Positions 19,517 to 30,727 of a stretch of DNA of 64,000 bases are shown here, in pieces. The stretch comes from an uncultured Clostridia bacterium. GTDB taxonomy: Bacteria; Bacillota; Clostridia; Christensenellales; UBA1242. The DNA is taken from contig CALVNQ010000001.1 of the NCBI GenBank assembly GCA_944349895.1, positions 145,461 to 209,460 of the forward strand, read 5' to 3'. Positions within the stretch are counted from its first letter, which is position 1. Each line of letters opens with the position of its first letter. Made by a program: the position numbers and the translations under genes. The notes below the pieces were generated by a model that did no database searches, was not told the DNA's origin, and worked only from the letters and a program-made list of their open reading frames with translations.

Positions 19517-21463
19517 TTAACCTCCCTTATATTCATCCATAAATTTATCGACACGATCAAAATTAGCATGCTGAGAAATATATTCTTTTCTGGCTTCAAT
19601 ATCATCTCCCATAAGAGTTACAACCATTTTTTCAGCTTCAGCAGCATCATCAATAGTAACTTGAATCAAAGATCTTTTTTCAGGATCCATAGTAGTTTCA
19701 TAAAGCTGATCAGGATTCATTTCCCCAAGTCCTTTATATCTTTGAATCATATAACCTTTACCACACCTAGCAACTGCCGACGGCAATTCAGCATCAGAGT
19801 AAACATATTCTTCGAAACCCTTTTTGTAAACTTTATAAAGAGGAGGCAATCCAATAAAAACATGACCATCATTAATTAATTCTCTCATATATCTGTAAAA
19901 GAAAGTTAAGAGTATTGCTCTAATATGAGCTCCATCTTGATCTGCATCAGACAAAATTATGACTTTATTATAACGCAAAGAAGACAAATCAAAATCTTCA
20001 CCGATTCCAGTTTCCAGTGCACTAATAATAGTCCTTATTTCTTCGTTACCTAAAACTTGATCAATTCTTTTCTTTTCGGCATTTAAAGGCTTTCCTCTGA
20101 GAGGTAAAATTGCTTGAAAAGATCTATCCCTTCCTTGTTTAGCACTTCCTCCTGCCGAATCCCCTTCGACAATAAAAAGTTCAGCTTTTTCCCTATTTTT
20201 AGAGGAAGATGCAGCTAATTTTCCAACGAGGTTAAAATTATCAGCTGAGTTTTTTGCACGGGATAGTTCCTTAGCTTTTTTTGCGGCTTCACGAGTTTTA
20301 GCAGCCGCTTTTGCTTTGTCAAGAATAGAAGTAGCGACAGCAGACATTTTTTTATTAGATAAAAGTTCCGACAAACCTTTAACTGCCAAAGCCTCAACTT
20401 TGACTCTTGCCTCAGGGTTGCCCAATTTTGTTTTTGTTTGTCCTTCAAATTGAACATTGTTCATTTTTACAGACAAAACAATAGTCACCCCTTCACGAAA
20501 ATCTTCACCAAGAAAATTTGGCTCTTTATCTTTTAAAAAATTATTTGAACGTGCATAATCATTAAAAACTTTTGTTATAGCTGATTTCGCACCTGTTTCA
20601 TGTGTCCCTCCCTCAGTGGTTGGTATATTATTCACATAAGAGAAACAGTTTTCGGTATAGCCATCGGTATAAATTAAAGCAAGCTCCATTTGAAAATCTT
20701 TGTCTTCTTGCTCTATGTATAGAGGCTTATCAAATAATTTATTTTTTCCTTCAACAAGATAATTAGCAAAATCAGCAATTCCACCTTCATAGTGAAAAAA
20801 AGCTTGCCCACCTTCAATTTTATCTATAACATTTATTTTAAGATTTTTATTAAGGAAGGCAAGTTCTCTAGCCCTTCTTGAAATAATTTCAAAATTGAAA
20901 TTTTGTTTGCCGAAAATTTTTTCATCGGGTAAAAAAGTAACTCTTGTCCCTGTTTTTTTTGTAGAACCAACGACAGCCAAAGATTTATCAACAAGCCCTC
21001 CATGAATCTTTCCATCACTTGTTTCCTTAGAAACAAAACGCATATTATACTCTTTCCCATCTCTAAAAACAGTAACATCACACCAACTTGATAAAGCATT
21101 AGTTACAGAAGCACCAACACCATGTAGCCCCCCTGAAAATTTATAATTAGAATTATTAAATTTGCCACCGGCATGCAAAGTTGTATAAACTACTTCCACC
21201 CCCGATTTTTTCATAGTAGGATGAATGTCAACAGGGATACCTCTTCCATTATCTTCAACTGTAGCGCTACCATCCTGATTTAAAATTATGTTAATAGTAT
21301 CACCAAAACCACTAGCGATTTCATCAATAGCATTATCAACAATTTCCCAAAGAATATGGTGAAAGCCCTTTGCCCCTGTTGTCCCTATATACATACCGGG
21401 TCTAAGCCTTACCGCATCAAGGCCTTCCAAAACAACAATATCTTTAGATTTATATTCAGCCAT
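19517..21463 (-). CDS. parE: Type IIA topoisomerase subunit B, probably ParE
   Basis: A GHKL ATPase N-terminus ([23 protein letters not shown]) and the TOPRIM motifs EGDSAGG and DADQDGAHI are present. The ParE assignment rests only on pairing with the ParC-like gene. Confidence 0.65.
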   Translation of the reverse strand: MAEYKSKDIVVLEGLDAVRLRPGMYIGTTGAKGFHHILWEIVDNAIDEIASGFGDTINIILNQDGSATVEDNGRGIPVDIHPTMKKSGVEVVYTTLHAGGKFNNSNYKFSGGLHGVGASVTNALSSWCDVTVFRDGKEYNMRFVSKETSDGKIHGGLVDKSLAVVGSTKKTGTRVTFLPDEKIFGKQNFNFEIISRRARELAFLNKNLKINVIDKIEGGQAFFHYEGGIADFANYLVEGKNKLFDKPLYIEQEDKDFQMELALIYTDGYTENCFSYVNNIPTTEGGTHETGAKSAITKVFNDYARSNNFLKDKEPNFLGEDFREGVTIVLSVKMNNVQFEGQTKTKLGNPEARVKVEALAVKGLSELLSNKKMSAVATSILDKAKAAAKTREAAKKAKELSRAKNSADNFNLVGKLAASSSKNREKAELFIVEGDSAGGSAKQGRDRSFQAILPLRGKPLNAEKKRIDQVLGNEEIRTIISALETGIGEDFDLSSLRYNKVIILSDADQDGAHIRAILLTFFYRYMRELINDGHVFIGLPPLYKVYKKGFEEYVYSDAELPSAVARCGKGYMIQRYKGLGEMNPDQLYETTMDPEKRSLIQVTIDDAAEAEKMVVTLMGDDIEARKEYISQHANFDRVDKFMDEYKGG

Positions 21464-21630
21464 AACATCTCCTGTGTTTACAAATTATTACAAAATTAGT
21501 ATACCATATTTAACACTTTTAACCAAGAAAATTTGAAAGAAAATTATCGTATTTTTATTCAATTTACTGCATAAAAACACATTAATATAAATATGGAAAT
21601 GTGCGTATTATAATATAGAGGAAATTTAAA

Positions 21631-22668
21631 ATGAAAAAAATAGTTTTTACAGGTGGTGGAACAGCTGGCCACATTTACCCAAACTTAGCAATAGCTGAAG
21701 AATTGGTTGATTATGAAAAACATTATATAGGAACAGACGCCATGGAAAAAGATATATTAAAAAAATATGACCATATTATTTTTCATGAAATAAAAGCTGT
21801 AAAATTTAACAGAGGCAACATAATTAAAAATTTTTTATTACCGATCAAATTGTTATTTTCCATAAAACAAGCAAAAAAAATTTTACGAGAAATAAAACCT
21901 GACGTTATTTTCTCAAAAGGAGGCTATGTTTCATTGCCAGTTGCAATAGCGTCGAAAAAATTAAATATACCATTGATAACTCATGAATCAGATTTAACAT
22001 TAGGTCTTGCCAACAAAATAATTTCTAAATATGCAACAGTGGTATGCACTACGTTTTATGAAACCAGTAAACTTAATAAAAAATATTTATGGACAGGGCA
22101 ACCTTTAAGAAAGTCAATATATGAAGGAAATAAAATAAAAGTATTAAAAAAAATTAAATTTCCAAACAAACCTATAATATTATTTGTTGGAGGCAGTCTA
22201 GGTGCAAAAAAAATTAACGATCTACTTGACGATCCAACTTATTTAACCCAAAATTATGTTATAATACATTCGGTTGGTAAAAATAATTACCCAAATATAC
22301 AAGCACAAGAAAATTATTATCCATTTGCATACCTAGATCCCATATCAAACTTTTATTCTGCTGCAGACTTAGTAGTAACAAGAGCTGGTTCTGGCGTAAT
22401 TAATGAGCTTTTAGCATTAAAGAAGCCTATGTTAATGCTCCCTCTTTCAAAAGATGCCTCGCGAGGCGATCAAATAGACAATGCTAAATTATTTACAAAA
22501 CTGGGATATGGAGAAATGATATTGGACGAAAATCTAACTAAAGAAAAGCTTAAAGAGTCCATTGATAAAATGCTAACAAATATAAATAAATATAAGAAAA
22601 ATCTTGAAAAAGCAGATAAAAACGAAGCAACAAAAAAAATAATTGAATTAATTAAAAAGTTTAGTTAA
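21631..22668 (+). CDS. murG: UDP-N-acetylglucosamine--LPS/lipid I N-acetylglucosamine transferase MurG
   Basis: It has a GGTAGHIYP G-loop, is 345 aa long, and carries a C-terminal GSGVINELL block. Confidence 0.8.
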   Translation: MKKIVFTGGGTAGHIYPNLAIAEELVDYEKHYIGTDAMEKDILKKYDHIIFHEIKAVKFNRGNIIKNFLLPIKLLFSIKQAKKILREIKPDVIFSKGGYVSLPVAIASKKLNIPLITHESDLTLGLANKIISKYATVVCTTFYETSKLNKKYLWTGQPLRKSIYEGNKIKVLKKIKFPNKPIILFVGGSLGAKKINDLLDDPTYLTQNYVIIHSVGKNNYPNIQAQENYYPFAYLDPISNFYSAADLVVTRAGSGVINELLALKKPMLMLPLSKDASRGDQIDNAKLFTKLGYGEMILDENLTKEKLKESIDKMLTNINKYKKNLEKADKNEATKKIIELIKKFS

Positions 22669-23793
22669 ATTTGGATAACCAAAGCCTTCCATATTTTTAT
22701 TAAAAGAAATAGGTTGACAAGACAGCAATAATTTTCTTTTAGCTTCATCGGGAGAAATATTTTTATATTTTTCACAAAATAAAGTCATGGCTCCCGCAAT
22801 CATTGGTGTCGCCACACTTGTGCCACTTAACTTAACATAGTCTCCACCACTTCCACAAGAAGTTATATCCACTGCTGGGGCGACAATATCCGGCTTAAAG
22901 CTCTTGAAAGAAGGACCTCTTGATGAGAAGTTGGCTATCTCATAAAACTCAGGAGAAAAAGATCTATCATCTAACCTGTTATCATCCATGCCCCCAACAG
23001 TGATAATCTTACGACTAACTCCTGGGCTTTTTATAGATTGAAATTCAGGACCACTATTGCCAGCTGCGGCGACAACAATAACACCCTCTTTCCATAAAGC
23101 TTCTGCGCCATTCATAATTGGATCATTATACCCAAGGGGCTCACTCCCAAAACTCATACAAACAACTCTGATGTTGTTTTTTTTATGGTTATCAAAAACC
23201 CACTCCATAGCGGAGAGAATTTTATTAGAATATGCTTCGCCATTTTTATCTAAAGCCTTTAAAGCATAAATATTGGATTTAGGTGCAAAGCCTTTATATT
23301 TACCAGCGCTAACGGCACCAGATCCTGAACAAACCCCCGCTATAAAAGTTCCGTGACCGTTATCATCATAAACCGTCTTTTTATCATTAACAAAATCAAT
23401 AAATTTTTTAATGCGATTTTGTCCTAAACAAAAATCATAATGATTCGCAATGCCAGTGTCTATAAAAGCCACTCCAATTCCCTCGCCCGTCAAAGAAGTT
23501 TCAGGCAATTTTAAAACCTTTTTTGCTATATACATTAAAGCCATTGCACAACTATTAGAACAAATAAATTTAACATTATTTTGGAGCGAAAGAAATTCAA
23601 TATCTCTTTTTGTAGCATAAATGTAAAAAGACTTTATGAATAAATATTCATTCAAAATTTCTATTTTTCTATGTAAAAGAATAGATTTTAGTTGATTAAA
23701 TCTATTAGTACTAATTAAACATTTAAATTTTTTTTCATCATTAGCAGTTGTAGTAATAAAAACAAGATAAGAATCAATTTTGTTTATATTCAT
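22648..23793 (-). CDS. Subtilisin-like (S8) serine peptidase
   Basis: The catalytic triad contexts are FIDTGI (Asp), HGTFIAG (His) and GTSVATPMIAG (Ser). Confidence 0.8.
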   Translation of the reverse strand: MNINKIDSYLVFITTTANDEKKFKCLISTNRFNQLKSILLHRKIEILNEYLFIKSFYIYATKRDIEFLSLQNNVKFICSNSCAMALMYIAKKVLKLPETSLTGEGIGVAFIDTGIANHYDFCLGQNRIKKFIDFVNDKKTVYDDNGHGTFIAGVCSGSGAVSAGKYKGFAPKSNIYALKALDKNGEAYSNKILSAMEWVFDNHKKNNIRVVCMSFGSEPLGYNDPIMNGAEALWKEGVIVVAAAGNSGPEFQSIKSPGVSRKIITVGGMDDNRLDDRSFSPEFYEIANFSSRGPSFKSFKPDIVAPAVDITSCGSGGDYVKLSGTSVATPMIAGAMTLFCEKYKNISPDEAKRKLLLSCQPISFNKNMEGFGYPNLTKLFN

Positions 23794-24077
23794 TTTAAGT
23801 TCTCGAGAATTTGTTTTAAATTAATATAGGTTTCATTAGTTAAAAAAGGTCTCATGCTTTCAATGCTTGATTTAATTAAATCAAAATTAAAAGTTCCTTC
23901 TTCTTTCTGTTTTTTTACTTCTTCTGCTAATTTATAAGATAATGAATCAGAATCTAAATTTTTTAAATCATCATATGTTGATTTAAGTTTTTCTTCGTGA
24001 TTAGTACTTTTATCTATTTTTTCATTAGGATTAATTTTTTGTTCATTTAATTTAAAATCACAAAAGTTTTTACCCAC
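23790..24077 (-). CDS. Small K/E-rich hypothetical protein translationally coupled to the S8 peptidase
   Basis: The 95-aa ORF has a GTG start and overlaps the peptidase start by 4 nt. I recognise no motif. Confidence 0.4.
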   Translation of the reverse strand: MGKNFCDFKLNEQKINPNEKIDKSTNHEEKLKSTYDDLKNLDSDSLSYKLAEEVKKQKEEGTFNFDLIKSSIESMRPFLTNETYINLKQILENLK

Positions 24078-24172
24078 TTTAAACGCCCCCTATCTTTTGC
24101 ATTATATGAGTTGAGATAAATTAATTCTACTACACAGTCGCAATTTTATAATTTGAAACATATATAAGGCAT

Positions 24173-24577
24173 ATGAGTAATAATTTTAATTCAAAATTCC
24201 CTCCTTTATATCCACCAGAAGCATACACCGAACAAAATAATGTTCACGCCTTTATCACAGATAATGAAAAACAAAATAATAATAATAACTTTGAATATAA
24301 CTATAACGGAAATAAACCAGAACAAACATCTAATAATACACAAACAGCATTGTCAAATCTGTTCTCCGGGAATTCTTCAAACGGACTAAGCGCATTGCTT
24401 CCAATATTATTAAAATTTTTAAATGGTAGCAATTTACTTTCTGCTATGAATGAAAACAGTAACAAAATAACAGGCGAAAATAATGAAAATCCACTGCTTA
24501 ATTTATTATCATTATTAGGTAATAAAAAAAATACCTCTTCATCTGAAATAGGTGAAAAGGAATTTCCCGAAGATTAA
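24173..24577 (+). CDS. Asn-rich low-complexity hypothetical protein
   Basis: The 134-aa ORF contains N-rich runs (QNNNNNFEYNYNGN). Whether it is coding is uncertain. Confidence 0.35.
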   Translation: MSNNFNSKFPPLYPPEAYTEQNNVHAFITDNEKQNNNNNFEYNYNGNKPEQTSNNTQTALSNLFSGNSSNGLSALLPILLKFLNGSNLLSAMNENSNKITGENNENPLLNLLSLLGNKKNTSSSEIGEKEFPED

Positions 24578-25249
24578 TTATTGATTATTTTGCTCACAAA
24601 ATTCATTTTGAGTAACAATCGAGCCACTTCTGAAATAGATTTTTCTTCTACAAAATCTATCAGCTATCTTTTCATCAGTTGTAGCTAATATTAATGTGGT
24701 CGTCGGCGAAACAATTTTATCCAAAATTTCTTCAACAATTTCAAGATAAAATTCTGATAATCCATCAAAAATATTATCAATCATAAGAAAATCGAGTTTT
24801 CTAAAAGAAAGCCTTATTAAAGATAATATATATTTTTCCTCAATGGACAAGTTGGCAATCTTTTCATCTTTTATTTTCTCTAAAGAAAAATCTATCACGG
24901 CATCATTGATTTTAGCTTCTATCTCCATTGGAGGTACTTTACGTTCCGATAATATATATTTTAAATTTTCATATACAGTTTTATTTTCTAAAAAAACGGG
25001 GGTGGCAGGCACATAACCAGCACTAATATCAAATCTAAAATTAATTTTCTTTAAAGGCCTATCTTTTAAATAAACTTCACCTTTTGTTGGCTCCTCAAGT
25101 TTGGAAATAATTCTAAGTAAACTTGTTTTCCCGCTATCTTCTGCTCCTACTAAAGCAACTTTTTCGCCATCTGAAACTTCCATATTAATATCATATAAAG
25201 CATAAAATTCTCTTGTATATCTTAAAAATAAATGTTTAATTGATAACAT
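24578..25249 (-). CDS. ABC-type ATPase with degenerate signature, Walker B and H-loop
   Basis: Walker A (GAEDSGKTS) is present. The LSGGQ position reads LSIEEK, Walker B reads FLMIDN (Asn in place of the catalytic Glu), and the H-loop position reads ATTDEK. Confidence 0.6.
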   Translation of the reverse strand: MLSIKHLFLRYTREFYALYDINMEVSDGEKVALVGAEDSGKTSLLRIISKLEEPTKGEVYLKDRPLKKINFRFDISAGYVPATPVFLENKTVYENLKYILSERKVPPMEIEAKINDAVIDFSLEKIKDEKIANLSIEEKYILSLIRLSFRKLDFLMIDNIFDGLSEFYLEIVEEILDKIVSPTTTLILATTDEKIADRFCRRKIYFRSGSIVTQNEFCEQNNQ

Positions 25250-25312
25250 ACCGACTCCTACGAGTATAGTTTACAATAAAACAAAAAAAAATAAAAGCGA
25301 TTTTTATCACCT

Positions 25313-25822
25313 TTATTTCATATAACAATCTAAAATAAACTCATCACTAACAGGTTCAGTATTTATAATTACATAGCCGAGTCCAGAATCATTTGGTTCT
25401 ACCTCACCTGCCACTATTCTTAAAAATAATTTAACAGGTCTATCGACATTAAAAATAATTGTGAACCCTTTCGCATCTTTTAACTTTTGAAAACTCTCAG
25501 TATTGACAAGACCTGATGAAGAAACAGTAAGAGAAGTAATTGAGTTCCATCTATCTTTTTCGGCAATTGTGGTTGTTACTTTATCTTCAAATTCTTTCCA
25601 AAAAGTGATATTAACATCATCTACATCTGACATAATTTGTAAATCATAATATTTTTCTGACAAACGATCATCTTGTTCAAAAACAACTTTGACAGCAAAA
25701 TCACTGCTTCCAGCGGCTGTAACATTTGAAAACTTAGCAATAATAAGTTTATTAGAATTTTCACATGCGCTTAAAAAAAACATAAGGCAAAAAAGGAGAA
25801 CAAATATTTTAAGTTTTCTCAT
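25313..25822 (-). CDS. Lipoprotein of unknown function
   Basis: The signal peptide carries a lipobox (MRKLKIFVLLFCLMFFLSAC). I chose ATG at 25822 because GAGG lies upstream. Confidence 0.6.
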   Translation of the reverse strand: MRKLKIFVLLFCLMFFLSACENSNKLIIAKFSNVTAAGSSDFAVKVVFEQDDRLSEKYYDLQIMSDVDDVNITFWKEFEDKVTTTIAEKDRWNSITSLTVSSSGLVNTESFQKLKDAKGFTIIFNVDRPVKLFLRIVAGEVEPNDSGLGYVIINTEPVSDEFILDCYMK

Positions 25823-25877
25823 AAACACCTCAAAACTTTTTTTGCCTTAAAATAAAATATTAAACACAAAATTTAAA

Positions 25878-26582
25878 TTATTTGTCAATAATATCAATCT
25901 TACTTTCTTGGTTGTCAGTTTGATTGTTATCTTCATCAAGCTTAACTGACTCATCTTCAACATTTTCTTCTTGAGATAAATTTTTATTATTATTTTGTTT
26001 TTTAGATTTCTTTTCAAACCAAAAAATTGTTAAAATTTTGCCTAAGATGAGAATTATTTTTTCAGCGTGCACCATCGAATATCTTTTCATTAAAGCCTTT
26101 CCTGAAATGATAAGAGCGGCAATAATTGCAGAAACTAAAGAAGCAATAACAATGGCCACGAATGGTGACATACTTTCATAGGTTAATGCAATAGTAACAG
26201 ATGCCCCAGCAGCACCACTTAATATGCCACAAATATCCCCTAAAATATCTGCAATAATGCTTGCGACTCTGTCGGCATTTTTTATAAGTTTTATAGCCTG
26301 CTTGGCTCCTTTAACTTTTTTTGAAGCCATAGCCATAAAAGGTTGAATATCACAAGCGACAATCGCAACCCCTATCATATCTGTTAAAATGGACAAAATA
26401 ACGAAAACAAGAATAACAATAATAGAAATAACTATGCTGGCATTATTTAAAGCAAGTTCACTAATAATACCAAAAATCATAGACAAAAAAAAGGAAAGGA
26501 ATAAAACAATTAAGGGCCATTGGAACCAAGTTTTAAACAAAGAATTCTTTTTTTTATTGTTATCAAATTGTTTTTTAGCCAT
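25878..26582 (-). CDS. Membrane protein, possibly a CNNM/DUF21-like transmembrane domain without cytosolic domains
   Basis: I chose ATG at 26582 with GAGG 6 nt upstream. There are about 4 TM helices and a polar tail. The DUF21 resemblance (KGAKQAIKLIKNADRVASIIADILGDICGILSG) is weak. Confidence 0.4.
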   Translation of the reverse strand: MAKKQFDNNKKKNSLFKTWFQWPLIVLFLSFFLSMIFGIISELALNNASIVISIIVILVFVILSILTDMIGVAIVACDIQPFMAMASKKVKGAKQAIKLIKNADRVASIIADILGDICGILSGAAGASVTIALTYESMSPFVAIVIASLVSAIIAALIISGKALMKRYSMVHAEKIILILGKILTIFWFEKKSKKQNNNKNLSQEENVEDESVKLDEDNNQTDNQESKIDIIDK

Positions 26583-26608
26583 ACAAAACCTCAAAAAAAC
26601 AAAATTTT

Positions 26609-26636
26609 AAAAAATAGAGCCTTATCATAGGCTCTA
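26609..26636 (-). terminator. Intrinsic terminator ending the 580-nt noncoding unit
   Basis: On the minus strand, TAGAGCC (26636-26630) pairs with GGCTCTA (26621-26615) around an 8-nt loop and is followed by U6 (26614-26609). Confidence 0.75.
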
Positions 26637-27189
26637 AGAGAAGGCAACAATATAAGTAAACCTTGCGCCATAGGTTCGGTCGGATTTCCCAATTCCGCAC
26701 TCAACGTCACCGTTTAAGCAGTTTCCTTTTAAGCAGAATATAACACCGAATCGCCACTTAGAACACACTATAATCCTCATATTGCCTACAAAAAAGTAAC
26801 AGTCTAGAAGCTTTCCTTAACATTTTGCACAAGTTATTCTTCTGTTTTGCAAATATAATTTCATAAGAAGATACAAATTTTATTGGCCAGTAAAATTTAT
26901 AAATTTAACTTAATCCCGAAATATTCACTCAAGATAGGCTACACTACACACAACTTTTATCGCATGTAGGTTCTTTCTCAGAGAGTAAACTACTTCACCC
27001 TGTTGAGTCTCCACGAAAATTGGGTGTTGAACTGTATGCCATTACAGTGCGCCCAATAATCTTAACTCCCAGCATTCACCCCAGTTTGGGCAACCAAAGC
27101 AAACACCAGGAACTTCATCGATATGCCTGTCGATGCCATTACTTCATCTTCCTAACCAATGCAAAATGACTAGAATACTGCACCTTCAC
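26609..27189 (-). ncRNA. Unassigned ~580-nt noncoding transcription unit (candidate large structured RNA or long cis-leader)
   Basis: This is a 650-nt gap with no minus-strand ORF of 60 aa or more. It has its own extended -10 promoter and terminator. Hand-counted G+C is 40-50% per 60-nt line at 26941-27120, versus about 3% in an ordinary spacer line (7861-7920). Local helices include CATCGA/TCGATG (27116-27135) and TTGGG..ACTGTA/TACAGT..CCCAA (27020-27056). A GNRA-type GGGA loop hairpin lies at 26681-26697. Confidence 0.55.
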
Positions 27190-27190
27190 A

Positions 27191-27224
27191 ATTATATTAT
27201 ATCACATTTTAGCAAAAAATGCAA
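27191..27224 (-). promoter_or_regulatory. Near-consensus sigma-A promoter with extended -10
   Basis: On the minus strand: TTGCAT (27224-27219), a 17-nt spacer ending TGa, then TATAAT (27201-27196). A second overlapping TATAAT lies at 27196-27191. Confidence 0.65.
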
Positions 27225-27256
27225 TATAACAATTTACAAGAAAATAAAAGTACAAA

Positions 27257-29160
<1,904 letters not shown>

Positions 29161-29270
29161 AAATTCCTCCTAAATATATATAAGATTTTACTATTTAGTC
29201 ATAAATTTGTAAAGCAAAAGTGCCAACATTGAGAGCATACTTTGTCAAATTAGCTCATAAAAATAAATAA

Positions 29271-30017
29271 ATGAAAAAGACCAAAAAATTTAATTCAAAA
29301 TTTAAAATAATAACATTGCTCACATTATTTTTATCAATACTGGGAGTAATTTTCACAGCAAATTATTTTTCGACTGCTTTATATATGGGTGTGGAATTGA
29401 ATTACAAAACTTTAGAACACTTTAAGGAGGTCGAAATATATGTGGTAAGTTTAGCAAAAACGCAAAACATAAATTCGGCAATAGTAATATCAAAAGACTA
29501 TGAAGATATAAATGCCTCAGGTTATATTTGGCAAATTGGCGACTATTATCATATAGTTTACAATATATACGAAACAGAAAATGAATCAAAATTAGTAAAA
29601 GAAAATTTAGAAAAACAAAATATAGAATGTAATACAATAAAAATAAAGTTGTCTGGATTTGTAATAAATGAAGAGGTATCAACAGAAGAGCATAATATAA
29701 TACAAGAATCAGTGAATTCTTTTTTTTATTCATACAGAATAATGAAAGATGCAAGTGTGGGCAAAGAAACAAATGTATATGATGACAATACAATAAATGA
29801 AAAGTTAAAAAATTTAAAAAATAAAGTAGAAACTTTAGTAAAAAAATTTAATGACACATTTAAAACAACCGTAAATAATAAAATAATAACTTTATGCGAA
29901 TATTTAGCAGATGAATTAGAAAGTATAATGTTAACAAGCAGTAAAAATATAGATTTAAAATATCATGCGATAGAAATCCTTGACATTTACAAAAATATGT
30001 CAATCGAATTTAGTTAA
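29271..30017 (+). CDS. Membrane-anchored protein with a possible SPOR-like domain
   Basis: An N-terminal TM helix is followed by a segment (IYVVSLAKTQNINSAIVISKDY...YHIVYNIYETENESKLVKENLEKQNIECNTIKI) with a beta-alpha-beta-beta pattern reminiscent of SPOR domains. The evidence is weak. Confidence 0.35.
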   Translation: MKKTKKFNSKFKIITLLTLFLSILGVIFTANYFSTALYMGVELNYKTLEHFKEVEIYVVSLAKTQNINSAIVISKDYEDINASGYIWQIGDYYHIVYNIYETENESKLVKENLEKQNIECNTIKIKLSGFVINEEVSTEEHNIIQESVNSFFYSYRIMKDASVGKETNVYDDNTINEKLKNLKNKVETLVKKFNDTFKTTVNNKIITLCEYLADELESIMLTSSKNIDLKYHAIEILDIYKNMSIEFS

Positions 30018-30713
30018 ATAATGATAAAAATTAGCCAAACTACTTCCATCACCAGTTGTCATAAATGAACAATCACAACCACCAGTTTTATTACAAAAAT
30101 TATTTAAACGTTTAGCTATACCTATGCTGCTTCCGAAAAGTTCAGCATTAGTAAAAGAAGAAATTTGTTTTTTAATTGCTTCAAAATGTGTACAACCCAA
30201 AACAATAGCTTTAGGACTATAAATTTCAATATTACTTTTCAAAATTGGGACTAAAAGATCTAAATCAAAAAGATTTTTATCAATTAACATAGGCAAATTT
30301 TCAATAGCCAACTTATTAACGTTTTTATATTTTTTTATTAATTTGCTTTTTTCTAAAGTGACAGGAGTGGCTAAAAGCAACACCTCCTCTTGCCTATATT
30401 TGGCACAAGCAGGTTTTAAAGCAGGCTCACAGCCAATAAAAATAATGTTTTTATATTTTTTTCTTACAAAATCTATTGTTGTGGCAGTTAAAGTGTTACA
30501 TGCAAAAATAATTATATCTGGCATAAAAAAAGAATTTAAAAAATCAATCAAATAACAAGAAATATTTATCAATTCTTTTTGACTTTTTTGACCATAAGGC
30601 GCATTTTTTTCATCTGCCAAAAATAAAAAATTACAATCTTTGCAATCTGCAAACAATTCTTTTAAAACATTCAATCCACCACTACCACTATCAATAACAG
30701 CGACCTTTTTCAC
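30000..30713 (-). CDS. murI: Glutamate racemase
   Basis: It has VIDSGSGGL and two catalytic Cys contexts (ACNTLT and GCTHF). The length is 237 aa. Confidence 0.8.
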   Translation of the reverse strand: MKKVAVIDSGSGGLNVLKELFADCKDCNFLFLADEKNAPYGQKSQKELINISCYLIDFLNSFFMPDIIIFACNTLTATTIDFVRKKYKNIIFIGCEPALKPACAKYRQEEVLLLATPVTLEKSKLIKKYKNVNKLAIENLPMLIDKNLFDLDLLVPILKSNIEIYSPKAIVLGCTHFEAIKKQISSFTNAELFGSSIGIAKRLNNFCNKTGGCDCSFMTTGDGSSLANFYHYLTKFD

Positions 30714-30727
30714 ATAATGAATATATG

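Noticed and set aside
26681-26697. The CGGAAUU-GGGA-AAUCCG hairpin looked superficially like a group II intron domain V.
   Set aside because: There is no 5' GUGYG boundary, no AGC triad or 2-nt bulge geometry, and no reverse transcriptase ORF. The unit also has its own promoter and terminator rather than sitting inside a gene.
26609-27189. I asked whether the 580-nt noncoding unit is RNase P RNA, tmRNA, 6S RNA or a canonical M-box.
   Set aside because: - RNase P: there is no GAGGAAAGUCC word. The nearest is AAGGAAAGCUU, and the ACAGAA word lies upstream of it, which is the wrong order.
- tmRNA: there is no tRNA-like 3' end and no tag reading frame ending in Ala-Ala-stop.
- 6S RNA: the unit is much longer than 6S.
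- M-box: the resemblance is limited to short words (GGTTAGG, TGCCCAAA, GCATACAGT), and the conserved GUGCUAAAGCU block is missing.

Covariance-model searches are still needed.
29201-29260. A possible CIRCE (HrcA operator) upstream of groES.
   Set aside because: Only an imperfect inverted repeat is present (CAAAGTATGC ... GCACTTTTG) overlapping a TTGACA. It does not match TTAGCACTC-N9-GAGTGCTAA. A separate TTTACA-17-TAAAAT promoter is plausible. I do not call a CIRCE.
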